64,000 bases of DNA from Candidatus Omnitrophota bacterium (lineage in GTDB: Bacteria > Omnitrophota > Gorgyraeia > Zapsychrales > Zapsychraceae), in assembly GCA_015233195.1 (NCBI GenBank), contig JADFYE010000004.1, positions 2,411 to 66,410 on the forward strand, written 5' to 3'. The notes under the pieces are model-generated. The model had not been told where the DNA came from and ran no database searches. It was given only the letters and a program-made list of their open reading frames with translations. The position numbers and the translations under genes were made by a program. Position 1 is the first letter of the stretch. Each line of letters begins with the position of its first letter. Below, piece by piece: positions 8,001 to 14,817 of this stretch.

Positions 8001-10204
8001 TCGAAATATTTGCTCAGGATCAGGGACAGCCGAAGCTGGTTGTGACGCATAATCCGAAGATGGTTTTGTCCTCGAAATATTATAATAATATTTTGGATCC
8101 TTACACTAAAAGAACTTTTTCGGTTCAAGGTCGTAATTCTCATCGAGGATTCCTACCTAGATTTGTTATGTCTGCAAAAGGAAAAATAGAAGTAGTGATG
8201 GGTCCAAAATATATATTTGCTAAAGATTTGCCTAAAAATTTATCTTCAAATTTAAAGGCTAATATTTTATCTCATTTATGGAGTTATAATGATGACCAGT
8301 TTTCGTATTATGCAATTGTTAAATTTTGGAATAAAGATTTTTTAAAACAATGGCATCAGTGGTTTTATTTGTATCATAATTCAACATTTGAAGGCAGACC
8401 ATTTGATCAAAATTTATCTGAGTTACAAGAAAAATTATGGCAGATGTTGATTGAATATGGTTTGCCGTTTTATTTACCGCTGGATAGGTTGTGGGACGAT
8501 AAAGGCGAATTAAAGCAAATTGTACCAACAGTTAAGAGAGTGTTTGTATTAGAGGCTTTAAAACCTGTAAATGATCCAGCACAATTAGTACAAGAACAGC
8601 GTGCGTTTGTGGTCGAGAATTTAGCGTGGATCAGAGATACAGTTTTTAAAGAATATGAAAAGATCGGGATTTTGAGTGAGGAGGGGAAAAGGGTTTTAAC
8701 TCTTTCAGAAAGCGTATTGTCGGATGCAGAGGTAACGGAAATGCATCAATTAATCACATATTTCAAAAATATTCCGGATATGACTGGACAGGAGGTAATG
8801 GATCAGTTCCCGCAGAAATATTTTTTACAAATAGACGAGAAATTTTGGGACTATATAAATAGAAATCCCGTATTGTTCATTGATGGGTGTCCGAATATGT
8901 GTTTGTTCTGCGCGATTCAAAGATTTACAAATAATCCTGTTTCAATGCCATATCCTTTAGCAGTTATGTTGGCTAAATTGAAACGAAGTGACTTTAATTC
9001 GATTGAGTTTGAAGCGCTTTATTATAATGATCCATCCGGAGCAGGAATCGGGGACATTTATAAATTGATGGATCTTAGCGGAATGATCATTCATGACTAT
9101 CAGGGAGTGGATAAAGAATTAGCCGCAAGAAATATTAGGAGTTTCATGAAATGGTTCCCGAAAGGAAATATTACTATATCAATGCACCCTGCGGATGTAC
9201 GTTTATTGACCATGATCAAACACAAAACAGCCTGGAACGATATTGTGGACTATTATTTCAACCGCTTAAAAGATCTATTGGGTATTTTAAAAGTGTTTGA
9301 GGGTGGCATTTATATTGCGCAAAGAGTTTTACCTAGGAATATTGAGTTTAGATACAGGGACTTATGGAATAATATTTTATTTGCTATCATTCAAATGCTT
9401 CCGGATTCAGAAGAATATAAAAGCTTTCCCAAGATTTTCATCTTAGATAGGGGTGAAATTTCGATTTTATCACCTAGAATGGTTTCGTTCATAGAAAAAG
9501 AAAATAAAATACAGGCAAAAAAATTTTATATAGATGGAAAAAACTTTATCAGAAATAATTTTACAGAGGCGCATAGATCTAATTTTTTTATTGTATCTCC
9601 CAATGCACAACTTTGGGCTCGCTTTGATCCAAATCATGTTTATATCGAAGAACTGGAGAGCACTGGACTTCAATTGATGGGGAGGGATTTTCAAGTAATT
9701 TTAAACGTTATGGGAAATGAAAAATTTTATATTGAGTTTTTTAAAGCCGCAGTAGAGACTGAGGCATTTCCAGAATATGCACATATATTGAAGAGATTAA
9801 TCCAGCTGATGGGCTACGTTGATACTTTATCAGATGAAGAATCAAAAGAGGTGTTTAACTTTTTACGTAAAAAGAAAATTCCGGTTCCAGTTCACAGCTC
9901 TCTTTCTGTTTTTCAACATGAGAAACAAGGCAAAAAACCGGTTATTTATCCTAAATATAAAATAGTTAAATTGGGGACGTTGTTGAAAAGCGAGGATTCA
10001 GCGCAATTATCCCCAATACAGTCCCAATCACCCGGAGGTATTCGTTTTGATGAAACACAAATGAAAGTTGAGAATACGGGAGAGGGGATTGATTTTAGGG
10101 GAGAGTGGGAAAGACAGTTTGATGATAAAGTAATACAAGGATTTATGCCGGTGGTTTATTCGACGTCGTTAATAAAGGACCTGTCTGCAGTGTGGAATCA
10201 ATAA
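5084..10204 (+). CDS. Giant (1,706 aa) exported or membrane-anchored protein with two tandem radical-SAM-like modules; function unknown
   Basis: Uninterrupted 5.1-kb ORF. The N-terminus 'MRKYYSKILSFFLIFIFIANTINIVPVVSA/QTV' is signal-peptide-like. There is an internal duplication with CX3CX2C in each copy ('SGCPNLCLFCPF' at nt 7484-7507; 'DGCPNMCLFCAI' at nt 8888-8911). The C-terminal tail is 'GGIRFDETQMKVENTGEGIDFRGEW...GFMPVVY'. Confidence 0.7.
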   Translation: MRKYYSKILSFFLIFIFIANTINIVPVVSAQTVLPGFSSNQTYCPLLLKGLLLDRNDPLKTEFIVDTGTTKLKPEDVEPQSKVLMEYFITSLTFSSKDLWVNLSPKEPNRIIPLELAKTHMGQDMLEQDLYLKKMTSGLLDPESDSGRKFWDKIYKIAYAKYDKTEIPVDILSKVWIVPDYAQINEQGGRVFVTEAKLKVMTEVDDRSPIVSSILKEIIIPKIEAEVNESKDFVKVRQIYYSFILANWYKKLLNNTILGKQYFDQRKVNGVDTASDDKEKIYKNYLDLFKGSNIIREEYDPNTQELVAKKYTTGGLIFEDLAMKADSKSKISVVGEAVRVKGGMVRAIEKSRKSAFAELLSAKGFEFTETMLNWFNEKHGLIYQTNNSDNGKARVIMPRFMDAVFSMAKKHPGTKIVFLRGWSDSIYSMAKAMAESNPELADPKSIFRAWATISNRNQVFYNTVQGAYFLKYLHDIGVLTEDTKELLLVDTDTMLDGISTDHLIYLTLFNAKVIAKANELFNLNLKVFNSSNDGPWVEMLYMKVGNDPHFTDYGVDVKDYKKRMRVFTYDEVAPSDRLKTDISGRFFIIDTFIKIENITGEMTAQGQIYTAPYGKSADSTSEQLRLEYLAEIAGLLCGTLDYMDTNGFEDQEVEQRLFRVFGQYLDWVKGKGPLVKDEFGIFPDTEQNLPGDNKSNDKAMLSLVIERKFVREHWNWFKNMFTEYSKDEILSAQGKKLLTLDLNNLSERQVFSLYRLMSYFRNIPNMSKQEIIEKFPQAYFRDMDGRIKKLRQIELEMVSGCPNLCLFCPFQHGAKLKSMPFPLLIMAVRKGIKIKSSVFNYEPLYYEDPSGALFADVMKLTDLDGIITHGVVEGYEDLAVRNLERINFYAKTLNKFYVNLSVHPMDVDLLRLKKQHASVAEIEEYYFNKFKIIIEKLRNRCEVISVGMLEPHEELSSIYPEWLAINEKILKRIEIFAQDQGQPKLVVTHNPKMVLSSKYYNNILDPYTKRTFSVQGRNSHRGFLPRFVMSAKGKIEVVMGPKYIFAKDLPKNLSSNLKANILSHLWSYNDDQFSYYAIVKFWNKDFLKQWHQWFYLYHNSTFEGRPFDQNLSELQEKLWQMLIEYGLPFYLPLDRLWDDKGELKQIVPTVKRVFVLEALKPVNDPAQLVQEQRAFVVENLAWIRDTVFKEYEKIGILSEEGKRVLTLSESVLSDAEVTEMHQLITYFKNIPDMTGQEVMDQFPQKYFLQIDEKFWDYINRNPVLFIDGCPNMCLFCAIQRFTNNPVSMPYPLAVMLAKLKRSDFNSIEFEALYYNDPSGAGIGDIYKLMDLSGMIIHDYQGVDKELAARNIRSFMKWFPKGNITISMHPADVRLLTMIKHKTAWNDIVDYYFNRLKDLLGILKVFEGGIYIAQRVLPRNIEFRYRDLWNNILFAIIQMLPDSEEYKSFPKIFILDRGEISILSPRMVSFIEKENKIQAKKFYIDGKNFIRNNFTEAHRSNFFIVSPNAQLWARFDPNHVYIEELESTGLQLMGRDFQVILNVMGNEKFYIEFFKAAVETEAFPEYAHILKRLIQLMGYVDTLSDEESKEVFNFLRKKKIPVPVHSSLSVFQHEKQGKKPVIYPKYKIVKLGTLLKSEDSAQLSPIQSQSPGGIRFDETQMKVENTGEGIDFRGEWERQFDDKVIQGFMPVVYSTSLIKDLSAVWNQ
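7169..8569 (+). repeat. Intragenic protein-level repeat, module 1 (aa ~696-1162) of the giant ORF
   Basis: Colinear with module 2, for example 'RLMSYFRNIPNMSKQEIIEKFPQAYF', 'GCPNLCLFC', 'YEPLYYEDPSG' and 'NLSVHPMDVDLL'. Bounded by 'NDKAML' (nt 7169) and 'NDPAQL' (nt 8570). Confidence 0.7.
8570..9991 (+). repeat. Intragenic protein-level repeat, module 2 (aa ~1163-1636) of the giant ORF
   Basis: 'QLITYFKNIPDMTGQEVMDQFPQKYF', 'GCPNMCLFC', 'FEALYYNDPSG' and 'TISMHPADVRLL'. The Cys triads of the two modules are exactly 468 codons apart. Bounded by 'NDPAQL' and 'EDSAQL' (nt 9992). Confidence 0.7.
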
Positions 10205-10205
10205 T

Positions 10206-12374
10206 TTATTTTGTATGTACCTGATTAATAATATCCTGCGCTAAAGTTTTGCCTATGGCTTTGATAGATGCTAATTCGTTTACAGAAAGATATTTTAGGT
10301 CGGCGATTGATTTTATGCCGTGACCGAACATGGCGCGGGCTCTCACTCGTCCTACTCCTCGTAATTTAATGATATCTAATAATTCTTCTTTAATACCGTA
10401 ATGGATTCTATTTTTTAAATTTTCGAGTTGAAAGGTGAAATTTTTCAGGTGTTCCAGATGCGCGATAGATTGCGCGGCGTATAAAAGGCGTTGAGCAGCT
10501 TCTACCAGACGGTAAATGTCTCCAGGTCCCATATCAAAAAATTCGCAGATGTAATCTTCTTTTTCTTCTTCAATCCAATGGGTTAAAAGCCAGGTTGCTT
10601 TCATGGTGCCTAAATAATAAAAGAAATCTTCCAGGTCAGGCCAGTTTGACGGAGTTAGTATAAAATCTTTTTGGAATTGAGAGATGAACATGTTCAAATC
10701 TTCGGCGATTTTTTTTCCTACATTCTGGGTCAAAGGACCATCCGGGCAGCAGCATAAAGCGTGGAGCATGCCAATGCTGGAAATAGTGTCGTCGGGTTTC
10801 AGTTTTTTTAAAGCACTGCGTAAAGTAATGGCAGAGAATGGGTCAATATATAAACGGCTGGTCAGCGCGCCTAATGGGGTTGCAAAGTATCGTTTACCGC
10901 TAACTTGGATAAAGCCTTCTTTGGTTAAGAACGCGAAAATGTTTTCGATCTTATCTAATAAAGCTTTAGTTGGGTTTTGATGATACAAGAACGTATGAGA
11001 TATGAATTCAAACATGCCTTGAATGTCGTATATATATCCGCCCGCAATCGATGCTAGTATATGAGTGCGCAGAGCAGATTCTTCATTTAGTTTAGAGGTT
11101 ATAGGCTCGGTTTGTCCTTCGACAAAGCGTTCCATTAAAGTCGATGCTTCGGAATGGGATTTGGCTACTATTACAGCTTCGCCAAAATCATCGTATTGCG
11201 GTCGTCCAGCTCGTCCAGCGCATTGTTTGTATTCAGATACTGGAATAAAAGCTGAGCCTAAGCCTAATTCAAAACGTTTTACGTCGCGGATTATAGCTCG
11301 TTGTGCGGGCAAGTTAACGCCGGCTGCCAGAGTAGGCGTACAGCTTATAACTTTGATAATATTATTTTTAAAGTTATTCTCGACCAGCTCGCGTTGATTA
11401 GGTTTTAGTCCGGCGTGGTGAAAAGCTGAGCCGTGAATAACTGCATCTGCTAATTTTTGACATAATTTGGTTGATTCAGCTTTGTTTCCAATAATCTTTT
11501 CACTCAGGTGTTTTAATAATTCCCGCTCCTCATGTGATATATGTTTGGAAACGTGAGAAGATATTTCTCGGGCTACAGCTTGGGCTGATCGTCTCGAATT
11601 TACAAATATTAAAACTTGTCCGCCTCTGCGTAAAGTATCAACTGTAATTTTGCTGACATCATCGTCGCCAGTGTTGTCAATTACCCGCGTGCCGTGATCT
11701 TTAAATTGGATTTCTTCGTGAAAATAAACGCCTTCTTTTAAGGGGACTGGACGCCAATTACTTGATACTAATTCAGCATTTAGCCATTTTGCCATATCTT
11801 TAGCATTGCTGACAGTTGCGCTTAAACCTAAAAATTGGATCTTGGGATTTAATTGACGGATGCGGGCAGTTAAGATTTCTAAAGTGGGTCCGCGGCTGCC
11901 GTCATTTATAAAATGGATCTCGTCTATAACTACCACGCCCAAGCAGTCGATCAGCCAGGTAGCTTTTGAGCGTAAAAGCGAATCCACTTTTTCCGCGGTT
12001 GCGATTATGATGTCAGCGTTTTTTATATCTCCTTCAGATGAATCATGGTCGCCTACAGCAATACCTACTGAAATTCCAAGCGGCGTAAAACGTTTTTTGA
12101 AATCATTATATTTTTCACTGGCTAAAGCTTTTAAAGGCGCGATATAAAGTCCCCGACCTTTTTTAAGTAGCAAAGAGCGCAGCATGCATAATTCAGCCAT
12201 TAAAGTTTTACCTGCTGCAGTAGGTACTGAGACTAGCATATTTTTACGGTCTAAAAGTCCTTTTTTAATACATTCAGCCTGCGGCGGATAAAGATCCACA
12301 ATGCCGGTTTGCTCGAACATAGCAATGTGTTCAGGGGGGAAATCATATTTTTGCAATACTTCGTAGAGTTTCAT
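10206..12374 (-). CDS. hel308: Ski2-like SF2 DNA helicase, Hel308 type
   Basis: Motifs 'PTAAGKT' (I), 'VIDEIH' (II), 'AFHHAGL', 'TPTLAAGVNLPA' and 'QCAGRAGRP' (VI), plus a C-terminal helix-hairpin-helix 'LRGVGRVRARAMF'. 722 aa, colinear with archaeal/eukaryotic Hel308. Confidence 0.8.
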   Translation of the reverse strand: MKLYEVLQKYDFPPEHIAMFEQTGIVDLYPPQAECIKKGLLDRKNMLVSVPTAAGKTLMAELCMLRSLLLKKGRGLYIAPLKALASEKYNDFKKRFTPLGISVGIAVGDHDSSEGDIKNADIIIATAEKVDSLLRSKATWLIDCLGVVVIDEIHFINDGSRGPTLEILTARIRQLNPKIQFLGLSATVSNAKDMAKWLNAELVSSNWRPVPLKEGVYFHEEIQFKDHGTRVIDNTGDDDVSKITVDTLRRGGQVLIFVNSRRSAQAVAREISSHVSKHISHEERELLKHLSEKIIGNKAESTKLCQKLADAVIHGSAFHHAGLKPNQRELVENNFKNNIIKVISCTPTLAAGVNLPAQRAIIRDVKRFELGLGSAFIPVSEYKQCAGRAGRPQYDDFGEAVIVAKSHSEASTLMERFVEGQTEPITSKLNEESALRTHILASIAGGYIYDIQGMFEFISHTFLYHQNPTKALLDKIENIFAFLTKEGFIQVSGKRYFATPLGALTSRLYIDPFSAITLRSALKKLKPDDTISSIGMLHALCCCPDGPLTQNVGKKIAEDLNMFISQFQKDFILTPSNWPDLEDFFYYLGTMKATWLLTHWIEEEKEDYICEFFDMGPGDIYRLVEAAQRLLYAAQSIAHLEHLKNFTFQLENLKNRIHYGIKEELLDIIKLRGVGRVRARAMFGHGIKSIADLKYLSVNELASIKAIGKTLAQDIINQVHTK

Positions 12375-12505
12375 AGGCTAACTTTTTAACATAAACTTAG
12401 CTTTTGGGATAGCAAAATTAATTAGATTAAAAGAATTTTGTAGTTTAGAATCCGATGTTATAATTATCGCGTTGCATATATGCGAATTTTTTTAGGGAAT
12501 AGTTT

Positions 12506-13045
12506 ATGAAGAGTGTGTCGATTTTTCATTTCATTGGTGATTTGGTACGCGAGAAAAATATTTCGTGTATTTTGATTGGCGGTTTTGCGGTGAATTATTA
12601 TAAGGTTTCCAGACAAACTGCAGATGTGGATTTTCTTATAACGTCCGAAGATTTTGAGAAGATAGAGGATTCATTAATAAAAAACGGCTATGAAAAAGTT
12701 TTGAAGCAGGAAGCTTTTGTACAGTTTAAGAGTATTAAATCTTCCATGATGGATGTTGATTTTATGCTTGTTGATCGGGATACTTTCACTCAATTCATGA
12801 AAGATGCAAATGAATTCAATATAGTTGGAGAAACTTTCAAGCTGCCGTCACTTTATCATTTAATCGCTTTAAAATTGCACTCAATAAAATATAATTTTAA
12901 AAACCGATTAGTTAAGGATTTACCGGATATTATCAATTTGATACGAATTAACAATATTGATATTGCTGAAAATAAATTTAAAACTATGTGTCTTAAATAC
13001 GGAACCAATGAAATTTATAATCGGATATTAGAGGTAGTAAAATGA
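12506..13045 (+). CDS. Minimal nucleotidyltransferase-fold protein
   Basis: 'IGGFAVNYYKVSRQTADVDFLI' fits the hG[GS]x9-13Dx[DE]h signature of the pol-beta-type nucleotidyltransferase superfamily. 179 aa. Confidence 0.5.
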   Translation: MKSVSIFHFIGDLVREKNISCILIGGFAVNYYKVSRQTADVDFLITSEDFEKIEDSLIKNGYEKVLKQEAFVQFKSIKSSMMDVDFMLVDRDTFTQFMKDANEFNIVGETFKLPSLYHLIALKLHSIKYNFKNRLVKDLPDIINLIRINNIDIAENKFKTMCLKYGTNEIYNRILEVVK

Positions 13046-13224
13046 AAGAAATTAAATTGCCGATAATTATGGATAAGACTGCACCGGAGAAAATTCTTTC
13101 AATGGATGAGTATCTGGAATTTGTCGAGTTTAATTTAACCCATAATTTTGATAAAGATGCTTACGCTAAATGGAAAACGCTCATGGCTGTTAATGTTCCA
13201 TTTAAATTTAATGAGCTTGCCTGA
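13042..13224 (+). CDS. Small hypothetical protein (60 aa)
   Basis: The 4-nt ATGA overlap with the upstream gene and 1-nt overlap with dtd suggest coupling. No recognisable motif. Confidence 0.3.
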   Translation: MKEIKLPIIMDKTAPEKILSMDEYLEFVEFNLTHNFDKDAYAKWKTLMAVNVPFKFNELA

Positions 13225-13661
13225 TGAAACTTGTCATTCAAAGAGTTAAACAATCTAAAGTCGTGGTTGACGGAAAAACTGTCGGTGAGATCGGTTTTGG
13301 CGCGCTTATTTTTTTAGGTGTGACTAAAGGAGATACACAAGCGCAAGCAGATTTTCTGATCAATAAAGTAGCGCAATTACGGATGTTCGAGGATAAAAAC
13401 GGCAAAATGAATTGTTCCGGTGCTGAAGTTGGCGCGCAATTTTTGGTAGTATCCCAATTTACTTTGTATGGTGATTGTAAAAAAGGCAGACGACCGTCAT
13501 TCGATGATGCTGCGCCTCCAGAATTAGCAGAACAGTTATATGAATACTTTGTTACCCAGCTTCGGTTGCAAGGCTTTAAAGTTGAGGTCGGCAAATTCCG
13601 CGCTATGATGGATGTGCATTTGATAAATGATGGACCGGTTACTTTTATATTGGAGAGTTAA
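13224..13661 (+). CDS. dtd: D-aminoacyl-tRNA deacylase
   Basis: 'MKLVIQRV', 'SQFTLYGD', 'KGRRPSF' and 'NDGPVT'; 145 aa, typical Dtd length and motifs. Confidence 0.9.
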   Translation: MKLVIQRVKQSKVVVDGKTVGEIGFGALIFLGVTKGDTQAQADFLINKVAQLRMFEDKNGKMNCSGAEVGAQFLVVSQFTLYGDCKKGRRPSFDDAAPPELAEQLYEYFVTQLRLQGFKVEVGKFRAMMDVHLINDGPVTFILES

Positions 13662-14024
13662 ATGATATTTATTCCTGATTCTATATTTCCCAAAAATAAT
13701 GAAGGCAAGTCTATTTGTCCCAAATGCAAAAAGGTTATTGAGGCATGCGACTGCCCGTCTTATGACCCTACCAAACCAAAACTCGACCAATATTCTCCTA
13801 TCGTTAAATTAGATAAGTCTGGTCGTAGTGGTAAAGTTGTGACTGTGATCAGCGGTTTGCCTAAAGACGAAGCTTACCTGAAAGATTTAGCTAAAACTTT
13901 AAAAATAAAAACCGGCAGCGGCGGAACTTTTTACGTGACTGCTGAGGGTGGAGTGGTTGAGATACAAGGAAATCATCTAAAAAATATTTTAGTAAATACC
14001 CTCCCACTCTGTGGGGAGGGGTAG
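13662..14024 (+). CDS. Translation initiation factor SUI1/YciH family
   Basis: 'GRSGKVVTVISGL', 'LAKTLKIKTGSGGT' and 'VEIQGNH' match the SUI1 fold pattern. The last 7 codons ('TLPLCGEG') and the TAG stop are contributed by the G-rich element, so the usual basic C-terminal tail is missing. Confidence 0.8.
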   Translation: MIFIPDSIFPKNNEGKSICPKCKKVIEACDCPSYDPTKPKLDQYSPIVKLDKSGRSGKVVTVISGLPKDEAYLKDLAKTLKIKTGSGGTFYVTAEGGVVEIQGNHLKNILVNTLPLCGEG

Positions 14025-14033
14025 GGGAGGGGG
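13999..14033 (+). repeat. GC-rich palindromic element, copy 2 (hairpin plus strong G-quadruplex motif)
   Basis: Hairpin CCCTCCCAC (13999-14007) / GTGGGGAGGG (14011-20, one bulged G). G4 motif GGGGAGGGGTAGGGGAGGGGG (14013-14033) has loops of 1, 2 and 1 nt. Its right half resembles copy 1 (GGGGAGGAGAGGGTTAGGGTGAGGGG). Confidence 0.6.
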
Positions 14034-14036
14034 CAT

Positions 14037-14816
14037 ATTAAACTAATAGACACTCACGCGCATTTGGACCAGCTTGCTGATTGTGAAGCAGCATTAAAAC
14101 GTGCTGCTGACTCTGGTGTTGAAGCTGTAGTCGCAGTTAGTGAAGGATTAGCCCATTCAAAACGCAATTTAGAGATCTGCCGTTCAATCACTTTCCCAAA
14201 AATTTATTTAGCGTGTGGTATTCACCCGTCTGAAGCGCATAAAGAAGATTTAAATGCTGTAAAAGAGTTTATAAAAATCAATCGCGCGGAAATAACTGCT
14301 ATAGGTGAGATCGGTTTGGATTTTTGGTATCGCTGGGCGCGAAAAGATGAAGATATAAAAAATAAACAGCGTCTTGTGTTCCGGGCACTTTTGTCAGAAG
14401 CGTTGAAATATGATCTACCTGTGTCGATTCATTCCCGGGGCGCGTGGGAAGAATGTTTTAAGATCACCGAAGAAATGGGTATTAAACGCGCGGTATTTCA
14501 TTGGTATAGCGGACCTATAGAAATTTTAGATAAGATTTTAGCGCAGGGATATTTGGTTTCAGTTACGCCCAGTTTGGCTTATAGTCCAGAAGCGCAGTTG
14601 GTGGCTAAACAAACTCCGACGGGAAAAATTTTGATCGAAACGGATACGCCGGTATTTTATCGTATGGGGGATAACAAGGATTCTGGATTTTCTGCTGAGC
14701 CCAAGGATGTGTATAAAACTTTAGAGTTATATTGTAGTCTTAAGAATTGTGATATAGAATCAACATCAGATGTTTTAAATAAAAATGTTACAAATTTTTT
14801 TAGATTAGGAGAATAA
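14037..14816 (+). CDS. tatD: TatD-family metal-dependent hydrolase/DNase (start codon uncertain; ATT 14037 proposed)
   Basis: 'LIDTHAHL' (nt 14043-14066), 'GEIGLDF', 'SIHSR', 'FHWYSG' and 'ETDTP'. The ORF-track start TTG 14064 would remove the HxH metal site. There is no ATG, GTG or TTG between the in-frame TAG 14022 and 14064. ATT 14037 lies 6 nt after GGAGG (14026-14030). Confidence 0.75.
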   Translation: MKLIDTHAHLDQLADCEAALKRAADSGVEAVVAVSEGLAHSKRNLEICRSITFPKIYLACGIHPSEAHKEDLNAVKEFIKINRAEITAIGEIGLDFWYRWARKDEDIKNKQRLVFRALLSEALKYDLPVSIHSRGAWEECFKITEEMGIKRAVFHWYSGPIEILDKILAQGYLVSVTPSLAYSPEAQLVAKQTPTGKILIETDTPVFYRMGDNKDSGFSAEPKDVYKTLELYCSLKNCDIESTSDVLNKNVTNFFRLGE

Positions 14817-14817
14817 A

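Noticed and set aside
5084-10204. The giant ORF as an RHS/YD-repeat toxin, RTX adhesin, polymorphic toxin or NRPS/PKS.
   Set aside because: It has no YD/RHS, GGxGxD, Ig-like tandem repeats, PAAR/toxin C-terminal domains or adenylation/KS/ACP motifs. The only repeat is the two-fold ~470-aa module duplication with Cys triads.
12506-13224. The nucleotidyltransferase plus overlapping 60-aa ORF as a MNT/HEPN or AbiE-type toxin-antitoxin or defence pair.
   Set aside because: The small protein contains no arginine at all, so it has no Rx4-6H HEPN motif. There is no HTH antitoxin and no AbiEii-like C-terminal domain. Only generic coupling (ATGA overlap) supports a functional pair.
14022-14024. Genome-wide reassignment of TAG as the explanation for the in-frame SUI1-TAG-TatD arrangement.
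   Set aside because: TAG terminates other well-delimited genes in the window at sensible lengths (1035-1037, 17071-17073, 38471-38473, 41174-41176). A local explanation (ATT start, read-through or element insertion) is more likely.
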